Shown here piece by piece: positions 31,460 to 41,384 of a stretch of DNA of 62,245 nt; the stretch's first letter is position 1, and every line of letters begins with the position of its first letter. The DNA comes from Bacilli bacterium (GTDB lineage Bacteria; Bacillota_I; Bacilli_A; RF39; UBA660), in the NCBI GenBank assembly GCA_017418945.1, contig JAFOMI010000047.1, positions 1-62,245 of the forward strand. Direction: 5' to 3'. Under the pieces are notes generated by a model. It was not told the DNA's origin, did not search any database, and saw nothing but the letters and a program-made list of their open reading frames with translations. Position numbers and translations under genes: made by a program.

Positions 31460-31972
31460 CTAATTTAAATTATCATAATATTGATATTTTTTGAATTTGT
31501 TTTTTCTTTTAAGTATTTTAATTACAAAGAATTCTAAAACCCTCCAAAATTTAGTATATATAGGTTCTTTATTTGATATTCTATCTACTAATATTACTTT
31601 ACACTTCATTCTTTTTGCACCTAGTATATCAGTCATAAACTGATCACCTATAAATACACATTCTTCTTTATTATATTTATTTAAAATCTTTTTATAATTC
31701 TTTTTAAGTGGTTTCATTGAAGAATAATAAGCTTTTACATCTAAGTCTTTTACTATTTCAAGAACTCTTTCACTCAGAGAATTACTCATTATTATTATAT
31801 TAAAATCTTTTTTAAGGTTTATAATAAATTTCCTATATTCTTCTTTTAATTCTTTTTCTGTATAAGAAATTAATGTATTATCTACATCAAATATAATATT
31901 TTTAATGCCAATTTTTTTAAGTTTCTTATAATCTATTTCAAATATATTTTTAAAATATGCATTAGGCACCAT
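31460..31972 (-). CDS. yqeG: HAD IIIA phosphatase, YqeG family
   Basis: FDVDNTL, SN, KP and IGDQFMTDILGAKR motifs. Confidence 0.9.
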   Translation of the reverse strand: MVPNAYFKNIFEIDYKKLKKIGIKNIIFDVDNTLISYTEKELKEEYRKFIINLKKDFNIIIMSNSLSERVLEIVKDLDVKAYYSSMKPLKKNYKKILNKYNKEECVFIGDQFMTDILGAKRMKCKVILVDRISNKEPIYTKFWRVLEFFVIKILKRKNKFKKYQYYDNLN

Positions 31973-32801
31973 AAAATTTCCTACTTTCCCTATAGATAAA
32001 TTCATTTCTTCTCATTAAGTATTTATATTTATTTGGATAATATCCATTACTTACAAATATTTTATTAAGACTATATGTTTTATATATAAACATAATACCT
32101 ATAAAATAAATGCTTAATACAAACAATATAACTACTAACATTGATGATGTAGAAGTATTTGATAATGATACAACTGAAAAGAATACATTATATATAGTAT
32201 GAATTAAAGTTGGCATAAATAATGCTTTAATCATATTACTTAGTTTTGCTTTTCTTGTTTTTGCAAATTTCTCAAGTGAAACAAAATATCCCATTACTAT
32301 ACCGCAAGCAACATGTAAAGGAATTGCTGTAAAATTTCTAAGTATTGCAAGTGATGTCATATCACTATAATTACTTTCACTAAATACATACATAAATGTT
32401 TCTATTAATGAAAACGAAAGTGCAATTATTGATGAATAAACAAATCCATCATATATATCATCATATGCTCTATTTCTATATAAAAATATATATAATATAA
32501 GAAGTTTTGCATATTCTTCAACACCCGCTAAAATCATTATTCTATAAACATTATATGAATTAGCATATGTAAACAAATCTCCTGAAAATATATGTGTTTT
32601 AATAATAATTTTATCTATTATTAAAGACAAACAAATAGTAAAAGCACCTGAAAATAAACATATTAAAATCATTAATACTGGTTCTCTACTTCTTCTATCA
32701 GAGTATAAGATTAACATAAGTAATAAAATACTTGGTACTACTGTTAGTATTAATACTGTTACTAATTTTGGAAAATCTAATATTGTTAGTATATCACCCA
32801 T
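31962..32801 (-). CDS. prsW: PrsW family intramembrane metalloprotease
   Basis: DR..REP, AGVEEYAK, FS.IET, PLH and IH..YN motifs. Confidence 0.88.
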   Translation of the reverse strand: MGDILTILDFPKLVTVLILTVVPSILLLMLILYSDRRSREPVLMILICLFSGAFTICLSLIIDKIIIKTHIFSGDLFTYANSYNVYRIMILAGVEEYAKLLILYIFLYRNRAYDDIYDGFVYSSIIALSFSLIETFMYVFSESNYSDMTSLAILRNFTAIPLHVACGIVMGYFVSLEKFAKTRKAKLSNMIKALFMPTLIHTIYNVFFSVVSLSNTSTSSMLVVILFVLSIYFIGIMFIYKTYSLNKIFVSNGYYPNKYKYLMRRNEFIYRESRKFYGA

Positions 32802-32861
32802 GTTAATCACCTACCATTACTATATAAATAAATTATATCATATATGTCTTTTAAAAAAAGA

Positions 32862-32888
32862 ATAATTGTAATCTGCTTTACATATTCT
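32862..32888 (+). promoter_or_regulatory. putative sigmaE-type promoter of sigK
   Basis: ATA-16 nt-CATATTCT upstream of sigK. Confidence 0.45.
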
Positions 32889-32907
32889 TTATTAGGAAGT
32901 GATTATA

Positions 32908-33603
32908 ATGATTAGTATAATAACATCCTTAATAAAAAGTATGTTCTTTTTTACAGGAAGTTACTCAAATAATGCATTTAAGGAACCTTTATCAAAAGAA
33001 GAAGAAGAGAAACAAATTGAATTATTATTAAAAAAAGATAAAGATGCTAGAAATAAATTGATTGAACATAATCTTAGATTAGTATCTCATATAGTTAAAA
33101 AATATAATAATAATGAAGATAATGAAGACTTAATAAGTATTGGTATTATTGGTTTAATAAAAGGAATAGATAGTTTTACAAATGAAAAAGGAAGTAAATT
33201 AACAACATATTGTGCTAGATGCATTGAAAATGAAATATTAATGTACTTTAGAAATAATAAAAAGAATAACCTAAATATAAGTTTAGACGATCAAATTGGA
33301 TATGATAAAGATGGTAATGAAATATCATTAATAGATGTATTAAAGACAGCTAATATAGATTATGTAGAAGATATTAATTTAAAGGACAATATAGATTTAT
33401 TATTAAAAAATATAGATATACTTAGTAATAGAGAAAAAATTATTTTATATAAAAGATATGGTTTATTTAATTATGAAGAATTAACTCAAAAGGAAATAGC
33501 AAAAGAATTAAAAATATCAAGAAGTTATGTTTCTAGAATAGAAAAAAGAGCTTTAACTAAATTATTAAGAGAATTTTTAAAGAATAAAAATTTTGAAAAA
33601 TAA
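32908..33603 (+). CDS. sigK: sporulation sigma factor pro-SigK (uninterrupted, no skin element)
   Basis: Hydrophobic pro-peptide then NNAF.EPLS. LIEHNLRLV.HIVKKY, ARCIENEILM, IG.DKDGNEISLID and ISRSYVSRIEKRAL. Confidence 0.93.
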   Translation: MISIITSLIKSMFFFTGSYSNNAFKEPLSKEEEEKQIELLLKKDKDARNKLIEHNLRLVSHIVKKYNNNEDNEDLISIGIIGLIKGIDSFTNEKGSKLTTYCARCIENEILMYFRNNKKNNLNISLDDQIGYDKDGNEISLIDVLKTANIDYVEDINLKDNIDLLLKNIDILSNREKIILYKRYGLFNYEELTQKEIAKELKISRSYVSRIEKRALTKLLREFLKNKNFEK

Positions 33604-33610
33604 AAAAAGA

Positions 33611-33766
33611 CTACATGTCTTTTATTTTATTTACAGCCTTTGATATTTCTTTAGCGCCATTATTTACTGCCCTTGTAATAGAAGAACCTTTATATTGAAA
33701 AGCTAGAAACATTAATGAGGCTCCTGCTGCCATACCAAATGTAACTGGGCCAATTATTTTTCTCAT
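33611..33766 (-). CDS. unannotated 51 aa small protein, YrzQ/DUF3918-like
   Basis: MRKIIGPVTFGMAAGASLMFLAFQYKGSSITRAVNNGAKEISKAVNKIKDM. GAGGTGA SD, and sigmaG-like GTATA-17-AATACTA at 33784-33812. Confidence 0.75.
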   Translation of the reverse strand: MRKIIGPVTFGMAAGASLMFLAFQYKGSSITRAVNNGAKEISKAVNKIKDM

Positions 33767-33801
33767 ATTTTCACCTCTAATATTAGTATTAGATTATTTA
33801 A

Positions 33802-35985
33802 TTATTTTATACATGAAACTAATTCTTCTTTCAAATAAGTTCTTCTTTCATAACCACTATTATTCATAATAGCATATAAAAATGCATTTTTATCTCCAAT
33901 TATAGTTAAAGATTTCTTTGCTCTTGTAATTCCTGTATATATTATTTTTTTATAAAGCATAATTTTATATGATAATGTAATTGGCATAAATACTACTTTA
34001 AATTCACTACCCTGTGCTTTATGAATACTAATTGCATAACCATGTTTTATAGAAGATAAATCCTTTACTTGATAATGAACTATATTTCCATCAAAATCAA
34101 TTACTAATTCTTTATTATTTATATCTTTTATATAACCAATATCTCCATTAAAAACATTATTATCAGGATCATTTTCTAATTTTAAAACTTTATCATTAAC
34201 TCTATATATTACATCACCATACTTAATACTTGGTTGACCAACATCTCTATTAAATACATCTTGTAATATTTTATTTAAATTATCTATTCCGTTTTCGCCT
34301 TTATACATAGGTGCAAGCACTTCTATATCTTTAGAATCATACCCTCTTTCTATTGCCTTAGATACAAGTTCTTTAATATAAAATTTAATATTTTGATTAT
34401 CAGATTCTATAAAATTAAAATCATCTTTTTTATTTAAATTTAATATATCTAATTCACTATCTCTTATTTCCTTAGCAAGTGAGACTATATAAGAATTTTC
34501 TTTTTGTCTATATAACATAGATAATTTAATAACATTAACCATATCACTATCTATTAAATCTTTAAGTATTTTACCAGGTCCTACACTTTCTAGTTGGTTA
34601 TAATCACCAATCATAACTAATTTAACATCTTTTTTTAACCCTTTTAATAAACTATCTAATAATAAAGTATCAACCATACTAGCTTCATCTAAAATAACAA
34701 AATCAACATTTGATTTATTCTTTTCGTTAACATTAAAAGTATTTGTTTCTTTATTCCATTTTAAAAATCTATGAATTGTAGACGCCGGCATAAGAGCAGC
34801 TTCACCCATTCTCTTTGAAGCTCTACCAGTAGGTGCTAATAAAACCATATGATTTATTAAATCTAAATAAGTATAATTATTAATCTTTTTATATAACTCT
34901 ACTATACCTTTAATAATTGTTGTTTTACCAGTACCAGGTCCTCCTGTAATTATATTAAAATTCTTAATTATAGAATTCTTAATTGCTAATTTTTGTTCTT
35001 CATTATATTCTATATCAAAATACATTTCAATTGCTTCTATATCATTATTAATATTTTTAATTTTAGAATCTTTTTTATTAGTTAAATAATATAATGTATC
35101 ACTAATATTAATTTCAGCATTATAATACTCTGTTAAAAAATATTTATTGCCAATTATTCTAACTCTATTTAATTTTTGAAGTTCATATAAATATAATTCT
35201 AAATCTTCATTAGTTAAACTTATATTTAATATTTTAGATGTATCAGCAATTAAATCTTCTACATATAAAAAAGTATCTCCAAGATTAAAGCATTTATTAT
35301 TAAAAACACTTAATATAGCATATAAAATTCTATCTTTATTATTATCTTCTATTCCAAGATTTAATCTAACCTTTTCAATTTTAGAAAAATTAATTTCTTC
35401 TATGTCATCTATAATTGTATAAATATGATTTTTAATAACATCCATAGTATTAGATTTATAATGATTATAAATTGCCATAGAATCTTTTGTTGTAAAACCA
35501 ATACTATTTAAATATACAATCACATTATAACTTTCATTATACTTAACTAAAGTTTCATGTATTCTTCTTGCTTTATCTTCCTTCATATTAGGAACCATTA
35601 ATAAATTAGCATAATTTTCTTCAATTAACTTTAATGTATCATCTTTAAGTACATCTACAATTGCTTTTGCAGTCTTATCTCCAACTCCTTTAAATAGTCC
35701 ACTTGCTAAAAACTCAACAATTGCATCTTTTCCTTCTGGATTAATTCTTTCATATTCTAAAACATTAAATTGAAGTCCATATTTTTTATTTTCTACTGCA
35801 TTTCCTTTCATTATATAGTTTTCATCTATTGTTAATTCATGAAAATAACCAGTAATAGTTATTGTTTTATTATTATAATCAGATAATAAAGGATCATCAG
35901 TATCTTTAACTCTAAAAAGTCCAATCACATAATTATTATTAGATTCAAAAATTATTCTTTTAAAGACTCCTTTTATATAGTTCAT
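33802..35985 (-). CDS. recD2: ATP-dependent RecD-like helicase RecD2
   Basis: N-terminal HhH region, TGGPGTGKTT, APTGRASKR, DEASM, IGD..QL.SVGPG and SIHKAQGSEF. Confidence 0.96.
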   Translation of the reverse strand: MNYIKGVFKRIIFESNNNYVIGLFRVKDTDDPLLSDYNNKTITITGYFHELTIDENYIMKGNAVENKKYGLQFNVLEYERINPEGKDAIVEFLASGLFKGVGDKTAKAIVDVLKDDTLKLIEENYANLLMVPNMKEDKARRIHETLVKYNESYNVIVYLNSIGFTTKDSMAIYNHYKSNTMDVIKNHIYTIIDDIEEINFSKIEKVRLNLGIEDNNKDRILYAILSVFNNKCFNLGDTFLYVEDLIADTSKILNISLTNEDLELYLYELQKLNRVRIIGNKYFLTEYYNAEINISDTLYYLTNKKDSKIKNINNDIEAIEMYFDIEYNEEQKLAIKNSIIKNFNIITGGPGTGKTTIIKGIVELYKKINNYTYLDLINHMVLLAPTGRASKRMGEAALMPASTIHRFLKWNKETNTFNVNEKNKSNVDFVILDEASMVDTLLLDSLLKGLKKDVKLVMIGDYNQLESVGPGKILKDLIDSDMVNVIKLSMLYRQKENSYIVSLAKEIRDSELDILNLNKKDDFNFIESDNQNIKFYIKELVSKAIERGYDSKDIEVLAPMYKGENGIDNLNKILQDVFNRDVGQPSIKYGDVIYRVNDKVLKLENDPDNNVFNGDIGYIKDINNKELVIDFDGNIVHYQVKDLSSIKHGYAISIHKAQGSEFKVVFMPITLSYKIMLYKKIIYTGITRAKKSLTIIGDKNAFLYAIMNNSGYERRTYLKEELVSCIK

Positions 35986-36032
35986 ATAATCACCTTTTTC
36001 ATTATAACATTTATAAGTAAAAAAAAGTAAAG

Positions 36033-37868
36033 TTATTTAATTAAAACTTTACTTTTTGTTTTTATATCAGTACTGTTAACCCATCCAACATAATTTGAAA
36101 TAACTTCTCCATTTTCATCAACTACATCAAAGTTAACAGATAATTTTACATCGTCATTATATTTTTCTTTACATGCTTTTTCTAATTCGTTTAAAGATAC
36201 AGAATCAGTACATATAACATCAACAACTTCTCCTTTATATACAACTGAAATTAAACTTACTTTATAATCATAATTACCAATTTCACTTGTATTTCCATTT
36301 GGAGATTCATCAAAACTTGTATAATATAAATCAGCATTATCTAATGAAACAATATCACCAACTTTAACATCAAAAGTTTCTGGTTCTTCTTTTTTAGTAT
36401 CACTTACTTCTTCAATATCTTCTTTAGAAGATTCAGAAACCACATCAATCTTCGCAACAATTATTGGCTCTGCAACAGTATTATTTGTTTTTGTTTCTCT
36501 ATTACTTGCTTTAGTTTTATTTTCTGAATAAACACCTTTTGTTTTATTATTTTCAGTCTTATCACTCTTACTATATTCTGAAGTAATACTTGTTGTATTA
36601 CATGTTTTTTTATTAGTATTTTTTAATCCTAAACCACCAAGAGTTAATAAGGCTGCTGCTGCTACTGCAGATACAGAATATTTTAATTTTCTTAATTTTT
36701 CTTTTCTATTTAATAAAATACTATTATTTCTTTTAGCTTCTCTTTTTGCAATCTTTTCTATTTTTCTATATAAAGATCTATTTAAATTACTATCATCAAA
36801 TGAATCAAGATCATAAATAATATCAATTTGATTATTATAATAATCATCACATAAATTAGTATTATTTAATTTATCATAATTTTTTAATAATTCAACAATA
36901 TTTAAATTAATATTACATTTTTCAGAAATATTCTTATCAAGTAAATCATCACTTATTGGTTCATAGTATTTTTTTTCATTATTAACGATAACTTTATATA
37001 TACCATCAAATATCACTTTGATAGAACCATCACTATCTTTATTTATTAATTTAATATTTTTCTTTCTCTTTTTCTTTTTTAAAGTTTTAAAATAATTATC
37101 TTGACTATTACTATAATTAATATCGTTTTTAATAATATCAATTCTATCTAAAAACGCATATTTAATTCTTTTAAAAATATCTACTTCTTCTATAGTAACT
37201 TTTTTATTATTTTCTTTTTCTCTTTTAGCAACATCTTTAATAGATTTTAATAATTCTTTATTATTTATAGTATCTTTGTATTTTTCTAAATCATATATAA
37301 TTTCAATTTGATTATTTAAATATCTATCACATAAATCACTATTATTTTGTTTATCAAAATTTTTTAAAATATTAACTATATTTAAATTAGTATTTATAGT
37401 TTTATCTTTACTATTTTCTATTGCTAAAGAATCAATAAAAGGTTCAGAATAAATTTCTTCGTTATTAGAAAAAATTCTATATATACCATCAAATACTATT
37501 TTTGCATCAAAAAATTTATTTCTAACAATTTTATCTGATGTTAATACTTCTGTAACTTCTTCACCTATACTATCTTCATTATTATCTAAATCTATATCAG
37601 AAAAAGGGTCACTATCTAATTCTTTTTTTGTACTATTTATATTACTTATAATTATATTATCAAAAGGATTAGATGCTTCCTTTTTTTGTTCATTAATTAT
37701 TAATTCTAATTCTTTTTGTTCTTCAATTACTTTTCTAATTGCTTCCCTTATAACTTCAGAAGTATATTCATAATCTTCTTCAGTTTCACTTTTATTTAGC
37801 ATGATTTTCATTCTTCTTAGAATTTCTTTGCTTTGTAAGTATCTCTCCTCTAATTCTTTTTTATTCAT
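36033..37868 (-). CDS. hypothetical membrane-anchored protein with two ~100 aa internal repeats
   Basis: Two FDGIY...NLNIV..LKN.DK.NN..LCD.Y.NNQI.IIYDL units, TM AVAAAALLTLGGLGL, T/E/K-rich stalk and C-terminal GWV. Confidence 0.85.
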   Translation of the reverse strand: MNKKELEERYLQSKEILRRMKIMLNKSETEEDYEYTSEVIREAIRKVIEEQKELELIINEQKKEASNPFDNIIISNINSTKKELDSDPFSDIDLDNNEDSIGEEVTEVLTSDKIVRNKFFDAKIVFDGIYRIFSNNEEIYSEPFIDSLAIENSKDKTINTNLNIVNILKNFDKQNNSDLCDRYLNNQIEIIYDLEKYKDTINNKELLKSIKDVAKREKENNKKVTIEEVDIFKRIKYAFLDRIDIIKNDINYSNSQDNYFKTLKKKKRKKNIKLINKDSDGSIKVIFDGIYKVIVNNEKKYYEPISDDLLDKNISEKCNINLNIVELLKNYDKLNNTNLCDDYYNNQIDIIYDLDSFDDSNLNRSLYRKIEKIAKREAKRNNSILLNRKEKLRKLKYSVSAVAAAALLTLGGLGLKNTNKKTCNTTSITSEYSKSDKTENNKTKGVYSENKTKASNRETKTNNTVAEPIIVAKIDVVSESSKEDIEEVSDTKKEEPETFDVKVGDIVSLDNADLYYTSFDESPNGNTSEIGNYDYKVSLISVVYKGEVVDVICTDSVSLNELEKACKEKYNDDVKLSVNFDVVDENGEVISNYVGWVNSTDIKTKSKVLIK

Positions 37869-37973
37869 AAAAAAATTCACCCCATGCCATAAGATTATAG
37901 CACATAATTGAAAAAATGCAAATTTTGAGTGTAAAGTATATGGTTATATAATATAAAAAAATGTAAAATATGA

Positions 37974-38002
37974 AAAAAAGGTTATAAAAATAACCTCTTT
38001 TT
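37974..38002 (-). terminator. intrinsic terminator of the peptide/PCAT operon
   Basis: Minus strand AGGTTA-ttttta-TAACCT followed by a T-tract immediately after the second peptide gene. Confidence 0.7.
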
Positions 38003-38170
38003 TTAAAAATCACATAAGTTATTATTTATAAGTCTTCTAATTGATGAACCAAAATATCTACCTAAATCAGTAAATAAATCAAATCCTCTCACAAACGTAT
38101 TTAACAATGATGTTGTTATTCCACCACCTGCATAAATGCTTTTCTCTTCTATTTTTGTTAATTCCTTCAT
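38003..38170 (-). CDS. double-glycine leader peptide B (55 aa), missed by the ORF track
   Basis: MKELTKIEEKSIYAGG|GITTSLLNTFVRGFDLFTDLGRYFGSSIRRLINNNLCDF. AGGAGG SD. Confidence 0.88.
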   Translation of the reverse strand: MKELTKIEEKSIYAGGGITTSLLNTFVRGFDLFTDLGRYFGSSIRRLINNNLCDF

Positions 38171-38178
38171 ATTTCCTC

Positions 38179-38322
38179 CTATCTACATTTAAATGGTCTA
38201 GTTATACCGTCTATTACACCTATAATAAATGATATTCCTGCGGTTATGGCAGCATAAATACCTGCATTCATCATTCCACCAGCATAAATCTTTTTTATTT
38301 CATTATTTTTTAACTCAATCAT
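38179..38322 (-). CDS. double-glycine leader peptide A (47 aa), missed by the ORF track
   Basis: MIELKNNEIKKIYAGG|MMNAGIYAAITAGISFIIGVIDGITRPFKCR. AGGGGG SD, starting 8 nt after the PCAT stop. Confidence 0.88.
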   Translation of the reverse strand: MIELKNNEIKKIYAGGMMNAGIYAAITAGISFIIGVIDGITRPFKCR

Positions 38323-38330
38323 AAATCCCC

Positions 38331-40325
38331 CTATATTTCTATAACTTTATTAAATAAATCTTTATTATTTAATCTATGAGATATTAAAACTATTGTCTTT
38401 TTATACTCATTTTTTATATTTTCTAAAATTTTTCTTTCAGTTTCAACATCTATTTCATTCATTGTTTCATCAAAAACAATCATATCCGTTTCTCTTAAAA
38501 GTGCCCTTGCTATTAAGAGTTTTTGTCTTTCACCACCACTTAAATTAATACCATTTTCTTCTATTATATAATCTAAATTAATATTTTTCTTTTTTAGTAC
38601 TTTATCAAGTGTTGATACTTTTAATGCCTTCTCTATCTCTACTTTTTTAGCATTTTTATACATTAAAATATTATTCTTTAATGAATCTGTAAATATATAT
38701 TCTTTTTGAGATATAAGACATATATTATTCTTTATACTTGATTCCTTAACCTCATTAATATTTATATTATTAATAAGTATTTTCCCCGAATTATTAACAA
38801 TGTCTTTATTAAGTATTTTAAATATTGTAGATTTTCCTTTTCCACTCTCTCCAAATAATAAGATATAATCTCCTCTATTTATATCAATATTAAATTTAGA
38901 TAGAATTTTATTATTATTACATGTATATGACACATCAATAAATTCAATATTATCTATACTCTTAATACTTTTATTCCCATCACAAGAATCTTTAATATTA
39001 AGTAAATTATTTATTCTTTTATATGAGAGAAAAGAATTATTGTATGCTTTATATAGTGATATTATATTTTTTAAAGAATTAAAATAAGTCAAAAATAAAG
39101 TATAAACCATTGTTAATTCTCCCAATGTCAATTTATTGTTATTAATAAGATAGATACTTGTAAATATTAGAATTATAATGCCATAGTTTTCTAACAATTT
39201 AGAAAATAAGTTTTCTAAGGAAAGTGCGAATGAATAATTATTGTATGAATTAATGCAGCTTGCTTTGTTTTCTTTTTGATTATCAATTATTTTATTATCT
39301 AGATTAAGATTTTTAATAGTATCTATTCCTATTAAATTTTCAACAAATTTTGAATTAAGATTTACCTCCTTTTCTTTATATTGAGTGAATAAATTTATTT
39401 CTTCTTTCTTTAAATATAAAACAAGACAAATATAAATAGTAGATATAAATATAAGAATAATAAATAATTTAAAATCTATAAATAATATAATCACAAGTAT
39501 AAAAAATAAAAATATAATATCAAGTATCGACGATGTTGTTAAAATAAATAAAAAATTCTTAATAATAATTAAATCATTAATCTTAGAAGTAGTATCACCT
39601 ATTGGTCTTAAATGATGATATTTTTGTGGAAGAGAATATATTTTTTCATAGACTCTACTACTTAATGAATAATCTATACTATTATTTAATTTAATAGAAT
39701 GATTATATTTTATAAAATCTATCAATTCTTTTACTAATAATAATATAAAGAATGTTAAATAATTATGGTTAGTTTTTTTATCAAATAAACCTTTAACAAG
39801 TATTGAAAAAGATATACCTAAGATACATGAAATAAATGACAAAACCATTAATACTATTATTTTATTTTTATTTTCTTTTATAATATTAATTAAATAATTA
39901 TGGTAATAGTTTTTTTCTTTAATGACATTCCCCTTTTTATCAAATGTAATTATAATATTTTGCCATTCTTTCTTAAATTCTTCACGAGAATAATAAAGTC
40001 TTCCTCTAATTGGATCAAAAATAGATATATATTCATTTTCTACTTTATCTATAATAACAAAATGATTTATATTATTAATCTTAATAAGTGCGATTAACGG
40101 AAAGTTTAATCCATATAAATCACTTATCTTACATTTAAAAGCCTTTGATGAAAAACCTATTTTATTTGAAACATTAATCAAATTATAAATTGAAGTTCCA
40201 TTCTCATTAGTATTTGTAAGTGTTCTTAATTTTTCTATATCTATATTTCCTTTATAATATCTTACAATATTATATAAGCAACAAATACCACAATCAACTA
40301 AACCTTCTTGTCTAACATATCTCAT
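38331..40325 (-). CDS. peptidase-containing ABC transporter (C39 peptidase + TMD + NBD)
   Basis: Q...DCG (catalytic Cys), HFV (His), FDP (Asp), about 6 TM, GESGKGKST, LSGGERQ, FDE and SHR. Confidence 0.94.
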   Translation of the reverse strand: MRYVRQEGLVDCGICCLYNIVRYYKGNIDIEKLRTLTNTNENGTSIYNLINVSNKIGFSSKAFKCKISDLYGLNFPLIALIKINNINHFVIIDKVENEYISIFDPIRGRLYYSREEFKKEWQNIIITFDKKGNVIKEKNYYHNYLINIIKENKNKIIVLMVLSFISCILGISFSILVKGLFDKKTNHNYLTFFILLLVKELIDFIKYNHSIKLNNSIDYSLSSRVYEKIYSLPQKYHHLRPIGDTTSKINDLIIIKNFLFILTTSSILDIIFLFFILVIILFIDFKLFIILIFISTIYICLVLYLKKEEINLFTQYKEKEVNLNSKFVENLIGIDTIKNLNLDNKIIDNQKENKASCINSYNNYSFALSLENLFSKLLENYGIIILIFTSIYLINNNKLTLGELTMVYTLFLTYFNSLKNIISLYKAYNNSFLSYKRINNLLNIKDSCDGNKSIKSIDNIEFIDVSYTCNNNKILSKFNIDINRGDYILLFGESGKGKSTIFKILNKDIVNNSGKILINNININEVKESSIKNNICLISQKEYIFTDSLKNNILMYKNAKKVEIEKALKVSTLDKVLKKKNINLDYIIEENGINLSGGERQKLLIARALLRETDMIVFDETMNEIDVETERKILENIKNEYKKTIVLISHRLNNKDLFNKVIEI

Positions 40326-40360
40326 TTTTTCTCCTCCAATGATAATATTAACTACAAAAT

Positions 40361-40391
40361 AAAAAGAATCCCTTAATTTAAGGATTCTTTT
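40361..40391. terminator. intrinsic terminator
   Basis: AAAAGAATCC-cttaatttaa-GGATTCTTTT inverted repeat. Confidence 0.75.
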
Positions 40392-41290
40392 TAATATAAT
40401 TTCACACTATCTAATATTTCTTCTAATTCATTACTATATTGTTCATAGTTATTCTTAATAATTACTTCAACAGTATATATTAAATAATTAGGTTTACTTT
40501 TAAAAGTTATTATAGATATTTTATAAACACACAATGAAGACTCAGCAGTTTTACCAGCATATTCTATTGTAGTAATTGTTTTATCATCTTTATCTATTAC
40601 TTTCTTATCATTTAATAATTCAAATTTTTCTTTTCCTTCTTTAATATCACTTATACCTTTTTTAATATAATCATCAGCACTCTTTTGTTCATATTTTTCT
40701 ATATCATAAGTAAATGCAGTAAATATTATATTTTTTGATTTATTAATAACATATAGGTCATATTCACCAACTTCTTTTTTCTTATATCCATGTCTAAAAG
40801 TAAATGATGCTAATTCATCTTTAGTTCTATATTCATTTCTTTCTTCTTCAATCATTTTTTCTTTCAATCTAATTTCAGTTATACTTTTTGAATAAGTACT
40901 ATATCCAAATAAGAATATAATTATAAAAAATAGCACCGGAATTAAGAATAAAGAATAATTAAACATTATTCTATCTTCTCTATTAATATATTTAATAACA
41001 TAATAAGGAATTGCAAATATACTAAATATAGTAAGTAAAATAATCCATATTATTTTTTTCTTAATAGAAAAGCTTTCATCTTTAATAACCAATTTAACAA
41101 AATATATTACTTCAATAAATAGCAAAATTATTAAAAGTATAAATAATAATATATAAAATATAGTTCCAGAGCTCAATAATAAACTTTCAATTTTCTTAAC
41201 TTCTAATAATATTTTTATTATTGGAAATATAGATAAAAATAAAAATATCATTAATGGAGGAACTATATATATTGTTTTGCTTTTTTTCAT
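40391..41290 (-). CDS. membrane protein (about 4 N-terminal TM plus soluble C-terminal domain)
   Basis: Hydrophobic N-half with a PLDc_N-like K.IWIILL....IF.IP.Y segment. AGGTGA SD. Confidence 0.8.
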   Translation of the reverse strand: MKKSKTIYIVPPLMIFLFLSIFPIIKILLEVKKIESLLLSSGTIFYILLFILLIILLFIEVIYFVKLVIKDESFSIKKKIIWIILLTIFSIFAIPYYVIKYINREDRIMFNYSLFLIPVLFFIIIFLFGYSTYSKSITEIRLKEKMIEEERNEYRTKDELASFTFRHGYKKKEVGEYDLYVINKSKNIIFTAFTYDIEKYEQKSADDYIKKGISDIKEGKEKFELLNDKKVIDKDDKTITTIEYAGKTAESSLCVYKISIITFKSKPNYLIYTVEVIIKNNYEQYSNELEEILDSVKLY

Positions 41291-41384
41291 ATTATCACCT
41301 ATTTAATTATAACACATATCACAAAATTGACAAATATCATTTTTAAAGATATAATCTAAACTATTGTCAAAAAGGAGAAATAAT

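Noticed and set aside
32908-33603. skin-like element interrupting sigK
   Set aside because: The frame is continuous through regions 2 to 4.
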